Position numbers and translations under genes: made by a program. Under the pieces are notes generated by a model. It was not told the origin of the DNA. It saw only the letters and a list, made by a program, of their open reading frames with translations, and did not search any database. From assembly GCF_006345805.1 (NCBI RefSeq), contig NC_043007.1:1302001-1366000 (forward strand): a DNA stretch of 64,000 nt, written 5' to 3'. Of this stretch, positions 1 to 12,940 are shown piece after piece; position 1 is the stretch's first letter; every line of letters begins with the position of its first letter. Source of the DNA: Octopus sinensis (lineage: Eukaryota).

Positions 1-25
1 AGATAGATAGTTAGATAGACAGATT

Positions 26-87
<62 letters not shown>

Positions 88-97
88 CAGATAGATT

Positions 98-134
<37 letters not shown>

Positions 135-185
135 TTAGATAGACAGATAGATTGATAGATAGATAGATAGATAGACAGATAGATT

Positions 186-223
<38 letters not shown>

Positions 224-233
224 CAGATAGATT

Positions 234-271
<38 letters not shown>

Positions 272-281
272 CAGATAGATT

Positions 282-329
<48 letters not shown>

Positions 330-410
330 TAGATAGACAGATAGATAGATAGATAGATAGATAGATGATAGATAGATAGATAGATAGATAGTTAGATAGA
401 CAGATAGATA
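1..410. repeat. (AGAT)n microsatellite with periodic AGAC/ATTG variants
   Basis: Direct reading. Confidence 0.97.
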
Positions 411-2201
411 GATTTCGCCCAACAGTAAAGAAAGAGATAGATTTCGCCCAACTAGCTTTCGCCAAATTGTCAACATATCTCTCTCTCTCTCTCACTCTCT
501 CTCTCTCTATCTATCCCTCCATCCATCCATCCGTCCGTCCGTTCCCAAAAGGGCAATTTTATAATGAAGTGTGAGTCATCTCCCTGCATGGCCGCAGTCA
601 AATGAATGAAACAAATGACTGAGAGAAGATCAATGTTGTAAAAAACTGCTGTGTGGACGCCCCCAGACGATGAAGTAGACTAGCCCAATACGTAGATATA
701 GAGGGAGAAGACTAGAACAGAGTAGAGTGTAGTAGGAGTTGAGTAGCAGAGGCATCCGAACGTGCGACATAACAGCAGCGGCGAGGATTTCGTAGAATAC
801 ACAGGCACTCTGTAGTATTGCGATATAACAAAAACATAATCCAAAGCAAAGATATTTGCATTCATTCGTCAGTGTAAAACCGGCTGTTGTAACAGCTACT
901 CTCACAAAATAATTGTTTCAATCCCTTTCAAAAAACAGTTCTAAGAGATATTATATACGCTACAGCACAAGTGTAAAGCAATTCAACCTCAAATGCCTTA
1001 ATTCTAAATCATAGATTCTTGTATCCCCGATAAGAGATCTCTTGTACATTGAGTGCTGGGATATTATCGCTTACAATGATAAAATATATAAAAAAAAGTC
1101 AATTTTCAAAAAGTCACTGGCATGTTACATGGAAGGGCATGCAATAAATCTTGATAAAACTGTAATTCTTTATCAGCCCTGCTCTGGAAAGCTGAACAGA
1201 AACCATAAAACAGCGAAACACGATACAGCTTTAGTAATTGTATCTTACTTCAAGTATTTTGTCAACATGTTAAACAGAAGGTGCATGCTTTAATGACGAG
1301 ATCGCAAATAGAATACAGAAGTTGTGGATATCTTGTAGAAAATTACGATTTTAGTATAGTCTGAATAATTTACACAAAATATCACTTTCAAAACAAGCTT
1401 TTTTGTGTGTCGCATTTTACGGCTTTTCGATACAGACAGTAAATTAAAAACTTGCTAAGCAGATGGTAAGTTTTCAGCAAAGATGTCTCTGATAATTATT
1501 AGATGTATGTTACACTTTAAATGAGTTATGCAATATAGCAGACGAAAGTTTGCAGGTTATATAATTTCATATGCAAGAAAGAAGACTCCTAGAGTGTCTG
1601 TTCTTATGGAGAACCATGTTCTGGCGAATGGCCTCCGAACAAGGCCATATATACGATGCAAGAACTACCTTAAGTCTGATCTTCAAAAAGATAATATGAA
1701 TGTAGAAAGTTCGGAAATTAGTGCAACTGATAGGAGATCGCTGAGAAAAAACACACAAACACACACACATATATATATATATTAAATATTTTTCCTATAT
1801 TAGAGCAAATTTGGCTTACAGCTGTTTCCAGTATAGATTATAGGTACGCTACAGAAAGGTTTATATATATATATATATATACATACATACATAAAGTGAA
1901 ATATATGTATATATACTAAAGGTAAGCAGAGTTAGCGGCTTGCAGTAGCCAACTAAAGAATAACAATGTCCGTATTTACTATCGGTATCAATAGTTACCT
2001 ATGCTACCCCTGGGCATGGGTATGCAGGCACAGTATGCTTGTAGGGTACAGGTAACAATAGAAATAACAAAAGGTTATCAGGAATCAAGTTTAAATAATA
2101 AAAAAATGGAGAAAACTTTTGATCAACAAAGAAATTGGACCACGTCTGTAGATTGTTTTTAAATACAAAAGATGTCGCTTTGTATTAAAAATAAATAATC
2201 A

Positions 2202-2608
2202 GGTGCAGGAGTGGCTGTGTGGTAAGTAGCTTGCTTCCCAACCGCATGGTTCCGGGTTCAGTCCCACTGCGTGGCATCTTGGGCAAATGTCTTCTGCTAT
2301 AGCCCCGGGCCGACCAATGTCTTGTGGGTGGATTTGGTAGACGGAAACTGAAAGAAGCCTGTAGTATATATTATATATATATATATGTGTGTGTGTGTGT
2401 TTGTGTGTCTGTGTTTGTCCCCCTATCATTGCTTGACAACCGATGCTGGTTTGTTTACGTCCCCGTCACTTAGCGGTTCGGCAAAAGAGACCGATAGATA
2501 AGTACTGGGCTTACAAAGAATAAGTCCCGGGGTCTATTTGCTCGACTAAAGGCAGTGCTCCAGCATGGCCGCAGTCAAATGACTGAAACAAGTAAAAAAA
2601 AAAAAAAA
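2202..2608 (+). mobile_element. tRNA-derived CORE-type SINE (family A), representative full copy
   Basis: A-box TGGCTGTGTGG, B-box GGTTCAGTCCC, CORE-like CTTGGGCAA, internal (TG)n, tail ...GACTGAAACAAGTAAAA; other copies at about 7795, 8310(-), 17085(-), 25070, 26670(-), 28780(-), 37350(-), 41280(-), 45775, 53725, 59000. Confidence 0.85.
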
Positions 2609-2710
2609 TCAACCGATGTTAGGCAATTTTTTTGTTGATCAAAAGTTTTCTCCATTTTCTGATTATTTAAATTATGTGTGTGTGTGTGGTGTGTGTGTGT
2701 GTGTGTGTGT

Positions 2711-2742
<32 letters not shown>

Positions 2743-3030
2743 CCAGTTGAATAAAGTTAAAACACGGTGTGGTTTACACGGGTTTATTATGGTAGTTTAA
2801 CATTCTGGAATGTTCGCACAGGAGATTCCGGCACGAATGTCAAGCAGCACAGCATGTCGTTTCCGAATTTCTGGCTGAGTGAATTGCATCATAGACCTGT
2901 TTTTCTCACAGATGATGCCCAACTGACCCTACTATACTGTGTAGTTGACAAAACGAAAAACAAACAATGCGCATGGGCGAAATGAAAAATATAAAATGGC
3001 GACAATTTACCCATCACAGACTCTGTGTGT

Positions 3031-3078
<48 letters not shown>

Positions 3079-3798
3079 TGTGTCCATATATATATATTTA
3101 TATATATGGGACTCATGCATATATATATGCGTTTATGTGTATACACATACACATAAAGAAAGAGAAAAAGAAAAAGGAGGAGCGTATTCTGCTGAGGAGC
3201 GTATATCGGAGTGGGGGGGGGCAACCTCACCACACAAAATATATTTTCTCTGATTCTAATATTTGAATTTCCTCTCGATACAGGAAACTACATCCTGGGA
3301 AAACTACTCTTTACGAAAATAATAATAATGATAATAATAATAGCAACAACAACAACTACTAAATGTACTGCTTTGAGCGGCGCTAGATAACTAAAAGAGT
3401 GTACTCGGACGGGGGTGGGGGCTACGTGTACTTTTGAGCTCTACGGCATTCACTGCGTAACTTCCCTCAAACAGATTTAATTGTTTTGTAATCTTTCATC
3501 TTTTACTTGTTTCAATCATTTGACTGGGGTCGTGCTGGGTATTCTGCTGAAGGGGTTTTAGACGAATATACCGGACTCGCTACTTGGTTTTCAAAACGTA
3601 GCCCTTATTCTATCGATTTCTTATTCCCGTAATATAGCGGTTCGGCAAAAGAGACCGTTAGAATAAGTACTAGGCTTACAAAGAATAAGTCCTGGGGTCG
3701 ATTTGCTCGACTAAAGGCAGTGCTCCAGCATGGCCGCAGTCAAATGCCTGAAACAAATAAAAGAATATCTATCTATTTCTCTTTCTCTCTCTCTCCCT

Positions 3799-3831
<33 letters not shown>

Positions 3832-4578
3832 CATACATACATATATCTGCTCACGCTGCTGCACTTGCCCCTTCCTCTCCGACACCAACATCCTTACTGT
3901 CACCCATCATCGTCCCTATCATATCACCGACTTCTTTACTTGCACTTCCATTTACTGCATCTCCTGCTGTTTCTGCTCTTTTCTGTACATCAGTGAAACG
4001 GGACGCCGTTTGGCTGACCGGTTCGTGGAACATGTCCGAGACATCAGACTCAGCAATGACACCCCTGTCTCACGTCATTTCCACTCAACCGGTCACCTGT
4101 CTGTTCGGATTGACTTTGCACAGGGGCCTTTTTTACTCCCGCCCTCGCCGTAAAACAGGAATTAATCTTTTCCCTTCGCTCGTTTGCTTCAAATGGGCTC
4201 AACTCCCTTCTTCTTTTCATCTGACACCTACTTCCTCTCTTCACTCCTACCCACCCTTTCTCTTCATTGATACCACCTCCACCCCGCCACATCCCACTCC
4301 CACATACCCCACCTACTCCCACACCTACATCCCACCTCAGTGTTTTCGTATAATCACAATTTAGGTCAGTTGAAATATGTTTGTCACATATTTCAACTGC
4401 TAAAGGCAAATACACTGCAGATAATGTGGTCATATGTAAACACTGATTTTGCGCCATTACTTCGTTATTTTTCTCGATCGGACAAATCAGTCAACGCAAA
4501 TCAGTCAACGTGTTGGCTGGATTATATATAAAGCTCAAGCCTTTATTAAGTTCGTTCAGAGTTGTCTCTCTCAGGTAT

Positions 4579-4625
4579 ATCTCATTGACAAGAGTCAATA
4601 AACTCGAAACATCGATGTCTGAGAT
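4579..4625 (+). ncRNA. Minimal type I hammerhead ribozyme motif, U3-A8 core variant
   Basis: Helix I ATCTCA/TGAGAT (6 bp); core TTGACAA 4585-4591; helix II GAGT-caataa-ACTC; GAAA 4606-4609; palindromic helix III ACATCGATGT; GUC triplet, cleavage after 4619. Confidence 0.8.
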
Positions 4626-4794
4626 TCTCGAGAGATGGCGCCACTGAAGGAACTGGATGTTTTCACACTTTTTTTTACCATAAGAGTGATCTTTTTCTCC
4701 ACGTTAACTGCTTTTGGCAGTTGAAATATGTGATAGATATATTTCAACTAACCTAAATTGTGATCATACGTAACACTGCTTTGCGCCATTACTT

Positions 4795-4871
<77 letters not shown>

Positions 4872-6739
4872 GTATGTATTTGGGTTGTGTGTATGTATAT
4901 AATTAAGAGAAATAACCTCTATTAAGTAATCCAATTGATGGCGAAAGATATCTATACTAAATCATATAGAAAAAATTTTAATATATTATAATAAATATTA
5001 TTCTAAAAATCATAGATAATATCTTTCACTATCATGTGAATTGCTTATTAGAGGTTATTTCTCTTAATTAATATATACATATTTATATATTGTGAAACTT
5101 GATTTAGAATTACTAAATTGAATTTTCCCTTGTAAGTTTGGAATTTTATATTCCCTACTATTATATATGTGTGTGTGGTGTGTTGTATATATAATGTATA
5201 TATATATATATATTATAATATCTATATATATATATATATTATATATATATATATATACATAATATATATATATATATACTACTACTACTACTACTACTAC
5301 TACTTTAATTGAGGTAAAAAGAAGTCAAAATTTCTCTTTCACATGATTCTATAAACGACCGTAATTTATTTCCGAATACATAATATGAAGCTACGTAATT
5401 TATCAAATGAAATTAGTGCTTATTCTCTTCTTCAGAGATATTAATTTGAATTATAATTAATTTATGAGATAAACTTGCAATGCAGGATGAATTTTCACGG
5501 GGCGTGTCGACAGCTGGGCAAATACGTAAAATATTGTCGGAATTGCATAAATTAATATGTAATATAAAATACATTGAGTTCGTTCACTGAAACATACATA
5601 ACTTCTCATTTTTCAGTTACTCGATACTATGCTAGTCAGGTTTCAGTATGAGGTGTTGATGAGATAATCGCTTGGCTTCTACTTATACTCTCAAATGGTG
5701 TATGTGTGAGTGAGTAAGTGTGAGTGTGTGTGTGTGTGTGTGTGTACGTGTGTGAGTGTGTATACTTCTGCACAGATTCTTTCTGTCTGCCAAATATTTG
5801 TCGGAATTACTTAACTTCATACGTGATATAAAATACATTAATTTCGTTCACCGAAACGCACGTAACATTAATTTGACTTCTCAGTTGAATGTCCTTTTGA
5901 TATGCGTGCCTTCTATTGGTAAAGTGGTCCTTTTAAATCAAATGAAGTGTAACTCATCGTCCTTCGGTCATTCGAACACTATGCTAGTCAGGTTCCAACA
6001 TGAGGTGTTGATGAGGTAACCTCCTCGCTTCTACTTCTACTCTCAAATGACGCGCGCGCGCGTGTGTGTGTGTGTGTGTGTACATGCACACATTGCTTCA
6101 AGTCGTAATGTCCTGGTTCGGAAGTTTCAAGGCCATGAGATGTGTGAAACTACATCCGTATCATTATTGCCTGTTTTGACCTGACACAGTGTCACCTGAG
6201 AAAGGAAAAGGCTAGGGGAGTCAACCACGACAGCAAATCAAAGTGTGGAGCACTCTGAGTGTCCAGTGCCCTCTCTGACACCCTTTCCGGCAACAACTGG
6301 GTCGGTGGGGCTCTTTAGCCTTGTAAGGCCATTACCCTGAGAGCAGGCCACTCCAGAGTAAACCCCCAAAACTGAAAAGTGGAGTGGCATCGGACTGTGC
6401 GATCTAAATCTCGCTTAAAAACTGCTAAACGTAAGAAAGAAGAACAGCCACAAAGCATCAAAAATCGGTCTACAAGGTCACTTAAGGGCGTGACACTCAC
6501 CTTCGTGATATGCATGTATGTATGTATGTATGTCTGATATGTGTATGTGTATGTATGTATGTATGTATGTATGTATGATGTGTGTATATGCATGTATGTA
6601 TGTGATGTGCGTGTGTGTGTGAGTTGTGTGTGAATTTGATTTCCATGTATAGCTATAAAAACATTCAATACCTTTCTTTCAGCGGTCACGTCTTTATGAA
6701 CTTTTTAGAAAGAAGGCATATAATACACATACCACACAC

Positions 6740-6747
6740 ACCTATAT

Positions 6748-6782
<35 letters not shown>

Positions 6783-6815
6783 CTATACATATATATATTA
6801 CATATATATATATAC

Positions 6816-6846
<31 letters not shown>

Positions 6847-7264
6847 CATATATATATACATATAATATATTACATATATATATTACATATATATATATAC
6901 ATATATATATACATATATATATTATACCTATATTATATACATAATATATACATATAATATACACATTAATATACTATATATATACATACATATATATACA
7001 TATATATATATACATATACATATATATACATATATATATATCATATATTAACATATAATATATACATTACATATATATACCTATAATTATATAATATATA
7101 TACATATATATATATACATATATATACTATATATATATACATATACTATATATACATATATATATATATACATATATATACATATATATATATATAATAT
7201 ATATATATACATATATATATGCATAAATATATATATACATATATACATATATTTATATACATAT

Positions 7265-7305
<41 letters not shown>

Positions 7306-7424
7306 TAATATATATATACATATATCATATATATATATATATACATATATACTATATACCTATATACAATATATATATAATATATACATATATATATATA
7401 TACATATATACAATATATCATTAA

Positions 7425-7455
<31 letters not shown>

Positions 7456-7490
7456 GATATATATATATATATATACATACTACACAATAA
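6740..7490. repeat. (TA)n/(TACA) mosaic microsatellite
   Basis: Direct reading; similar tracts at about 4800-4870, 14820-15180, 51912-52090. Confidence 0.95.
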
Positions 7491-8239
7491 GCCAGGAACA
7501 TTATATATGTATATAAATTTTGCAGATTTAAGTTGCTTGGCAACGGTTATCAATTGTTAAAACACGTGGTGAAAATCGCCGTCTATAATACGTACTTTGA
7601 ACCGGTCGCGAATATTGTGTGGGTATGGGTGTGTCTCTATTGTGTGTGCCTATGTGAAAGTGCTTGTATACGTCTGTGCCTGTGTACATGAAATCGATGA
7701 TGGCTAAGTGATTAACCAGCATGAGGTCTCGCGTTCGATTCCACCTCCTGGTGTCTTAGGGCGTGGCAGTATTCTTTTTTTTCTTTTTACACACAGGCGC
7801 AGGTGTGGCTGTGCGGTAAGAAGCCTGCTTCTCAAAACACATGGTTCCGGGTTCAGTCACACTGCGTGGTACTTTGGATAAGTGCCTTCTATTATGGCCT
7901 CGGACCGACCAAAGCCTTGTGAGTGGATTTGGTAGACGGAAACTGAAACAAGTCCGTCATGTGTGTATGCGTTTGTGTGTGCGTGTGTGTGTGCATGCGT
8001 GCGTGCGTGTGCAGAAGCTCGCTGTGTATATATATATATATTCTGTGACCGCGTGTGTACCGTTGGCGATTTTTTTTTCTGTCTTCCCTTCTCTGGATCT
8101 TTCCTTCTCCTATGTTTCCGACGAAGAGCTCCGCTCGAACGTTAAACCCTCCTTCTTTCCTTCTTTCCTGAGCGTCCAATAATACTAATTTTGTTCCACG
8201 TCCTCGCGTTGTTGTGTTTTTTTGTGCTTCTTGTTGGAT

Positions 8240-8296
<57 letters not shown>

Positions 8297-8964
8297 CGCA
8301 CGGTGAGTTTCTCTCAAATTTCGTCCACCAAATCCACTCAAAGCTTTAGTCAGCCCGAGGTTATGGTGGACGGCACTAGTGCATGATGCCACGCAGTGGG
8401 ACTGAACCCGGAACCGTGTGGTTAGGAAGCAAATTTCTTACCACAGATACAAGCCATAGACACACGGCCTCAAATGTAGGGCGAAGTGACAGGACACAGG
8501 TAATTAATTATACAAACCTCAGTACTTTATGATCTTCCACCCCGAAGATGAATAAAAAATTAAACGTGCATGAATGAGATTCGAATTCAAGCCATAAATG
8601 ACGGTTTTGTGAAATACGGAAAGATTCCCGCCAATCCAGCATTGATACCGGATGGCTGCCGTATGATTAAAATTTCCGGATATCTGATAATGACTGTTTA
8701 AAACACCGCAGCACCCTACACACTTCCATAAGAATAGTATCTATTAATAAGTTTTATCATTGATAGTCTGAATGATAGTACAAATGAGAGAAATAGTAAG
8801 AAATAAAAGTATAATTTAAGTGAAGAACAAGTTTTGTTAACCTAATAAAATACAGATATAATAAATGCCATAAAATAAAATACTTTTTCGTACAACGATC
8901 CGTTTTACACAGAAATTTTCTTTCTTCTAATAACAATTAATTAACACAAATTAGAACGAATTGT

Positions 8965-9573
8965 GATCTTTTCGGTTGAACGCAGTTTTTTAACATAATT
9001 TCTAGGTAACTAAAAATTTTTAAACTTCGTATACTGGTAGAATGTGTTTAACAAAATCTTTTTCTCTTGGTTTATTGAGAAAATTCTATGTTTGTAAGAT
9101 ATTTGTTGTTTTTTTTTCTTCAATTTCTGCAATTTCAGCCAATCACTGACGTCTATTGAGGTAAAAAAAAACATTTTGTTCGGTATGAATATGTCCCTCG
9201 TTTAAGAAACAGATTGGGTTTATTTACATTTCTGAAGAAAAAATATACCCTTCCCCATCCATAACCCTAACCCTAACTAACACTAACCCTAAAAGAGATT
9301 GAAATGCAATAGATCGATACTAGGGTCATAATTATGGGTGACAATTTCATATGACACTGCGGTATGAATATGTCCCTCGTTTAAGAAACAGATTGGGTTT
9401 ATTTACATTTCTGAAGAAAAAAATATACCCTTCCCCATCCATAACCCTAACCCTAACTAACACTAACCCTAAAAGAGATTGAAATGCAATAGATCGATAC
9501 TAGGGTCATAATTATGGGTGACAATTTCATATGACACTGCTAGAAAAAACTGCCGTTCAAACCGAAAAGATCC
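8965..9573. mobile_element. TIR-bounded non-autonomous element with internal telomere-like (CCCTAA)n
   Basis: TIR GATCTTTTCGGTT(T)GAACG(G)CAGTTTTT at both ends; internal tandem duplication of about 180 bp; homologous to 12941-13358, 13909-14180 and 58424-58856. Confidence 0.8.
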
Positions 9574-10899
9574 CAGAAATTTTCTTTCTTCTAATAACAA
9601 TTAATTAACACAAATTAGAACGAATTGTCTTGTCTCTAATTAACACGTTTTTTTTTATTTGTTTATTTTTTATGGAGGAGGCGACGAGTACCGGTTGCTA
9701 GAGACTTCCGGTTGATTGTCAGATAAGACAAAGAGAAAGAGAGAGAGGTGGGGTTTACCGTGATAATATATTTAGATCGCGTTATATAAAGACAAACAAG
9801 CACAAACAGATAAACATCGCAATCAGCCTGAAAGCTTCAATCAATGAAATTGTAAATAATTTTATTACCTACCGATAAAGACTATCTTCAATAAACTCAC
9901 TGCAACAGGGACCATAGATATACATGCGGCTATGAACTGCGTTACCTGAAAAAATCCCTTTTCGCTTAGATTCAACAACACGGTATCAACGTCCACGGCC
10001 ATTTTTCGTAAAGAGATTCGTGCGTCTCGTTAAGAGTTCTCGTGTCTTTGTTTCGAATTTTCTTATAATCCTTGCTGTTGTTGCTGTTGCTGTTGTTGTT
10101 ACCTGGTGCTGTCAGCAGTTGGACTCCTTCCTCCGTGCTGCTCGTCTCTCGTTCTCGTTTCTATTTGTTTATTTATCCTCTTTTTTTGTTTTTTATCAGT
10201 TTCGGTTTCGCGGGAGGCGGTATTTTTAAGATCCCATTTTGCCGTTCATGTCGCAATTGAGAATATTTTTTTTCTTGTAGCTGTTCGTGTTGTTGTCTCT
10301 GTTGTCTCTTGTTGTTGTTGTTGTTGTTGTTACCCGTTGGACTCGTTCCTGCCTGCTGCTCGTTTCTTATTTATTAGTTTTAGTTTTCAGGGGGGCGGGG
10401 CTTTTAAGATCCTATTTTGTTATTTTAGCAATTGAAACCACATCTCTCACGGCTCTACATGTTATTCCCGCTGCTGTTGTTGTTCTTGTTGCTGTGGCTG
10501 GTGGTGGTGATGGTGAGAGTGGCGGTGGAGTGATGGTAATGGTACTACCGACTGTTGCTTTGTTGTTATAATGATAATAATAATAATAATAATATTAATA
10601 ATATTAATACTAATAATGATTATAATTATAATAACAATAATTATAATTATAATTATTATTAATGATGATGAGGACGCCGGCCCAGACTGTTGTAGTTCAA
10701 ATTCCGCCGAGGTCGACTTTGCCTTTCATCCTTTCGGGGTCGATAAATTAAGTACCAGTTATGCACTGGGGTCGATGTAATTGACTTAATACCTATGTCT
10801 GTCCTTGTTTATCCCCTCTATGTTTAGTCCCTTGTGGGTAATAAAGAAATAGGTATTGTGCTGGTCGTGGTGGATGTGGAAGTGATTCTGTTGGCTTTA

Positions 10900-11250
10900 C
10901 CGTTTTTGTTGCTGTTGTTGTTGTGGTGGTGGTGGTGGTGGTGGTGGTGGTTGTGATGATGGTTTTTGCCGTTGTTCTTACTGCTGTTCTTTAAGATGTC
11001 CACGACGACGATGATGATGATGATAGCAATGATGATGATGATGGCGTTCTAGATGTTTCGGTTTTCACTAAAATGCAGCTGTTTGCCTGTTTCCGGGATC
11101 CGTGTTGCTGCTGCTGCTACTGCTGCTGCAGCTATTGTTGTTGTTGTTGTTGTTGGTGGTGGTGGTGTTGTTATCTGATGTCACAGACACTTCTGCAGCG
11201 GTTGTAAAATAAGTTGTAAATATTATTGTTGTTCTAACTGTTGCTGCTGT

Positions 11251-11282
<32 letters not shown>

Positions 11283-11283
11283 C

Positions 11284-11315
<32 letters not shown>

Positions 11316-11352
11316 CTACTACTACTGCTGCTGCTGCTGCTGCTACTGTTGC

Positions 11353-11390
<38 letters not shown>

Positions 11391-11720
11391 CTGCTGTTGC
11401 TTTTTTCGGTATTTTTTTTTTTAAACCCCAGAATTTTAAAAATTGTTCTTATTGCTGCTGCCTTGCTGCAATTGCTGCTGTTGCTGCTGTTACTACTGCT
11501 GCTGCTCTCAGTGTCGTTGCCACTACTATTTCTGTCGTCGTTGCTGCTGTTGCTGATGCTGTTGTTCTTGTTATCACTGCTGCTATTACTACAACTACCG
11601 CTGCTGCCGCTACCACTACTTTTGTCTCTTCCGCTGCTGTTACTACAACTACTGCTGCTGCCGCTACCACGCTTTTTGTCTCTTCCGCTGCTGTCACTGG
11701 TGCTGTCGAAGTTGCTGCTG
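10900..11720. repeat. (GTT/GCT/GGT/GAT)n trinucleotide low-complexity region
   Basis: Direct reading; includes a duplicated unit of about 54 bp at 11586-11700. Confidence 0.93.
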
Positions 11721-11888
11721 TTTACTACGACTAATTCCTTCTTTAGGCGGGAACTTCACGAAAAACAAAACTTTTTCAATGAGATCAGTCCCAACCTAGA
11801 TGTTTACATTCTTCGCAATATCGTACCACTTCGTTCCCCCAACACCGCCACCAGATATCTCACACCGCCTTACAGTCTCTTCCATCAC

Positions 11889-11937
<49 letters not shown>

Positions 11938-12113
11938 CTATCTATTTGTCTGCCTATATCTATCTATCGTTACCTCTCTGTCTTTTTCTCTCTCTAACTA
12001 CCTCTCTCTCTCTCTCTCTCTCTCTTATTCATTTTCTCCGTCTCCTCACTCTCATTTTCTCCCCCTTACTCTCTCCTTCCTACCCTCTTCTCCATATAAA
12101 TGTGTATATATAT

Positions 12114-12174
<61 letters not shown>

Positions 12175-12274
12175 AGTATATATGTATGTATATATATATA
12201 TATATGTGTGTGTGTGTATAATGTGTATGCATGTGTGTGTATTGTGTGTGTGTTGTGTGTATGTTTCGTGTGTG

Positions 12275-12316
<42 letters not shown>

Positions 12317-12697
12317 CATATGTGTCTGTCTGTGCGTGTTGTGTGCATTACTTTTTCTAACATTTTCCCTGAATCGTTTCAAAGATTTTTTGCGTTTTTA
12401 TTTCACTTTTGTTTTTGTTTCCTGCTTCTACCACCCTCCACCTAGCTCTCTTTTTCTCTTCTTTTCTCACTTCCTCACTCTCATTGTCTCTCTGTCTCTC
12501 TGTCTCTGTTCCTGCTTCTCTCTCTCCCCCTCTCTCTTCTCTTTCTACCTACATACCTACCTACTTACCTATATAAATATATGTGTATGCTTGCATGTAT
12601 GCATATTCTGTAACATTCTCTGTAACTGCTTCCCTTACACAAATTCACTATCTACTCCACTCACACATTCACTCTCTGTCTGTCTGTCTCTCTCTCT

Positions 12698-12736
<39 letters not shown>

Positions 12737-12840
12737 TCTTACTTTCTCAATCTCAATCTCTCATTCTCTTAGTCATCCACTAACTCTTTCACTCTTCCAT
12801 TCACTAATCCCAGAAACTCACACTGTGAATCTAACCAGAA

Positions 12841-12940
12841 NNNNNNNNNNNNNNNNNNNNNNNNNNNNNNNNNNNNNNNNNNNNNNNNNNNNNNNNNNNN
12901 NNNNNNNNNNNNNNNNNNNNNNNNNNNNNNNNNNNNNNNN
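12841..12940. other. Assembly gap (100 N)
   Basis: Direct reading; true size unknown. Confidence 1.

Noticed and set aside
630-905. Hydrophobic 91-aa minus-strand ORF
   Set aside because: No recognisable family motif or splice context; an overlapping frame is equally open, so composition may explain it.
11241-12221. 326-aa poly-Leu ORF and the many YI/CV/TH/LS-repeat ORFs in the track
   Set aside because: Translations of microsatellites; no domain content or splice support.
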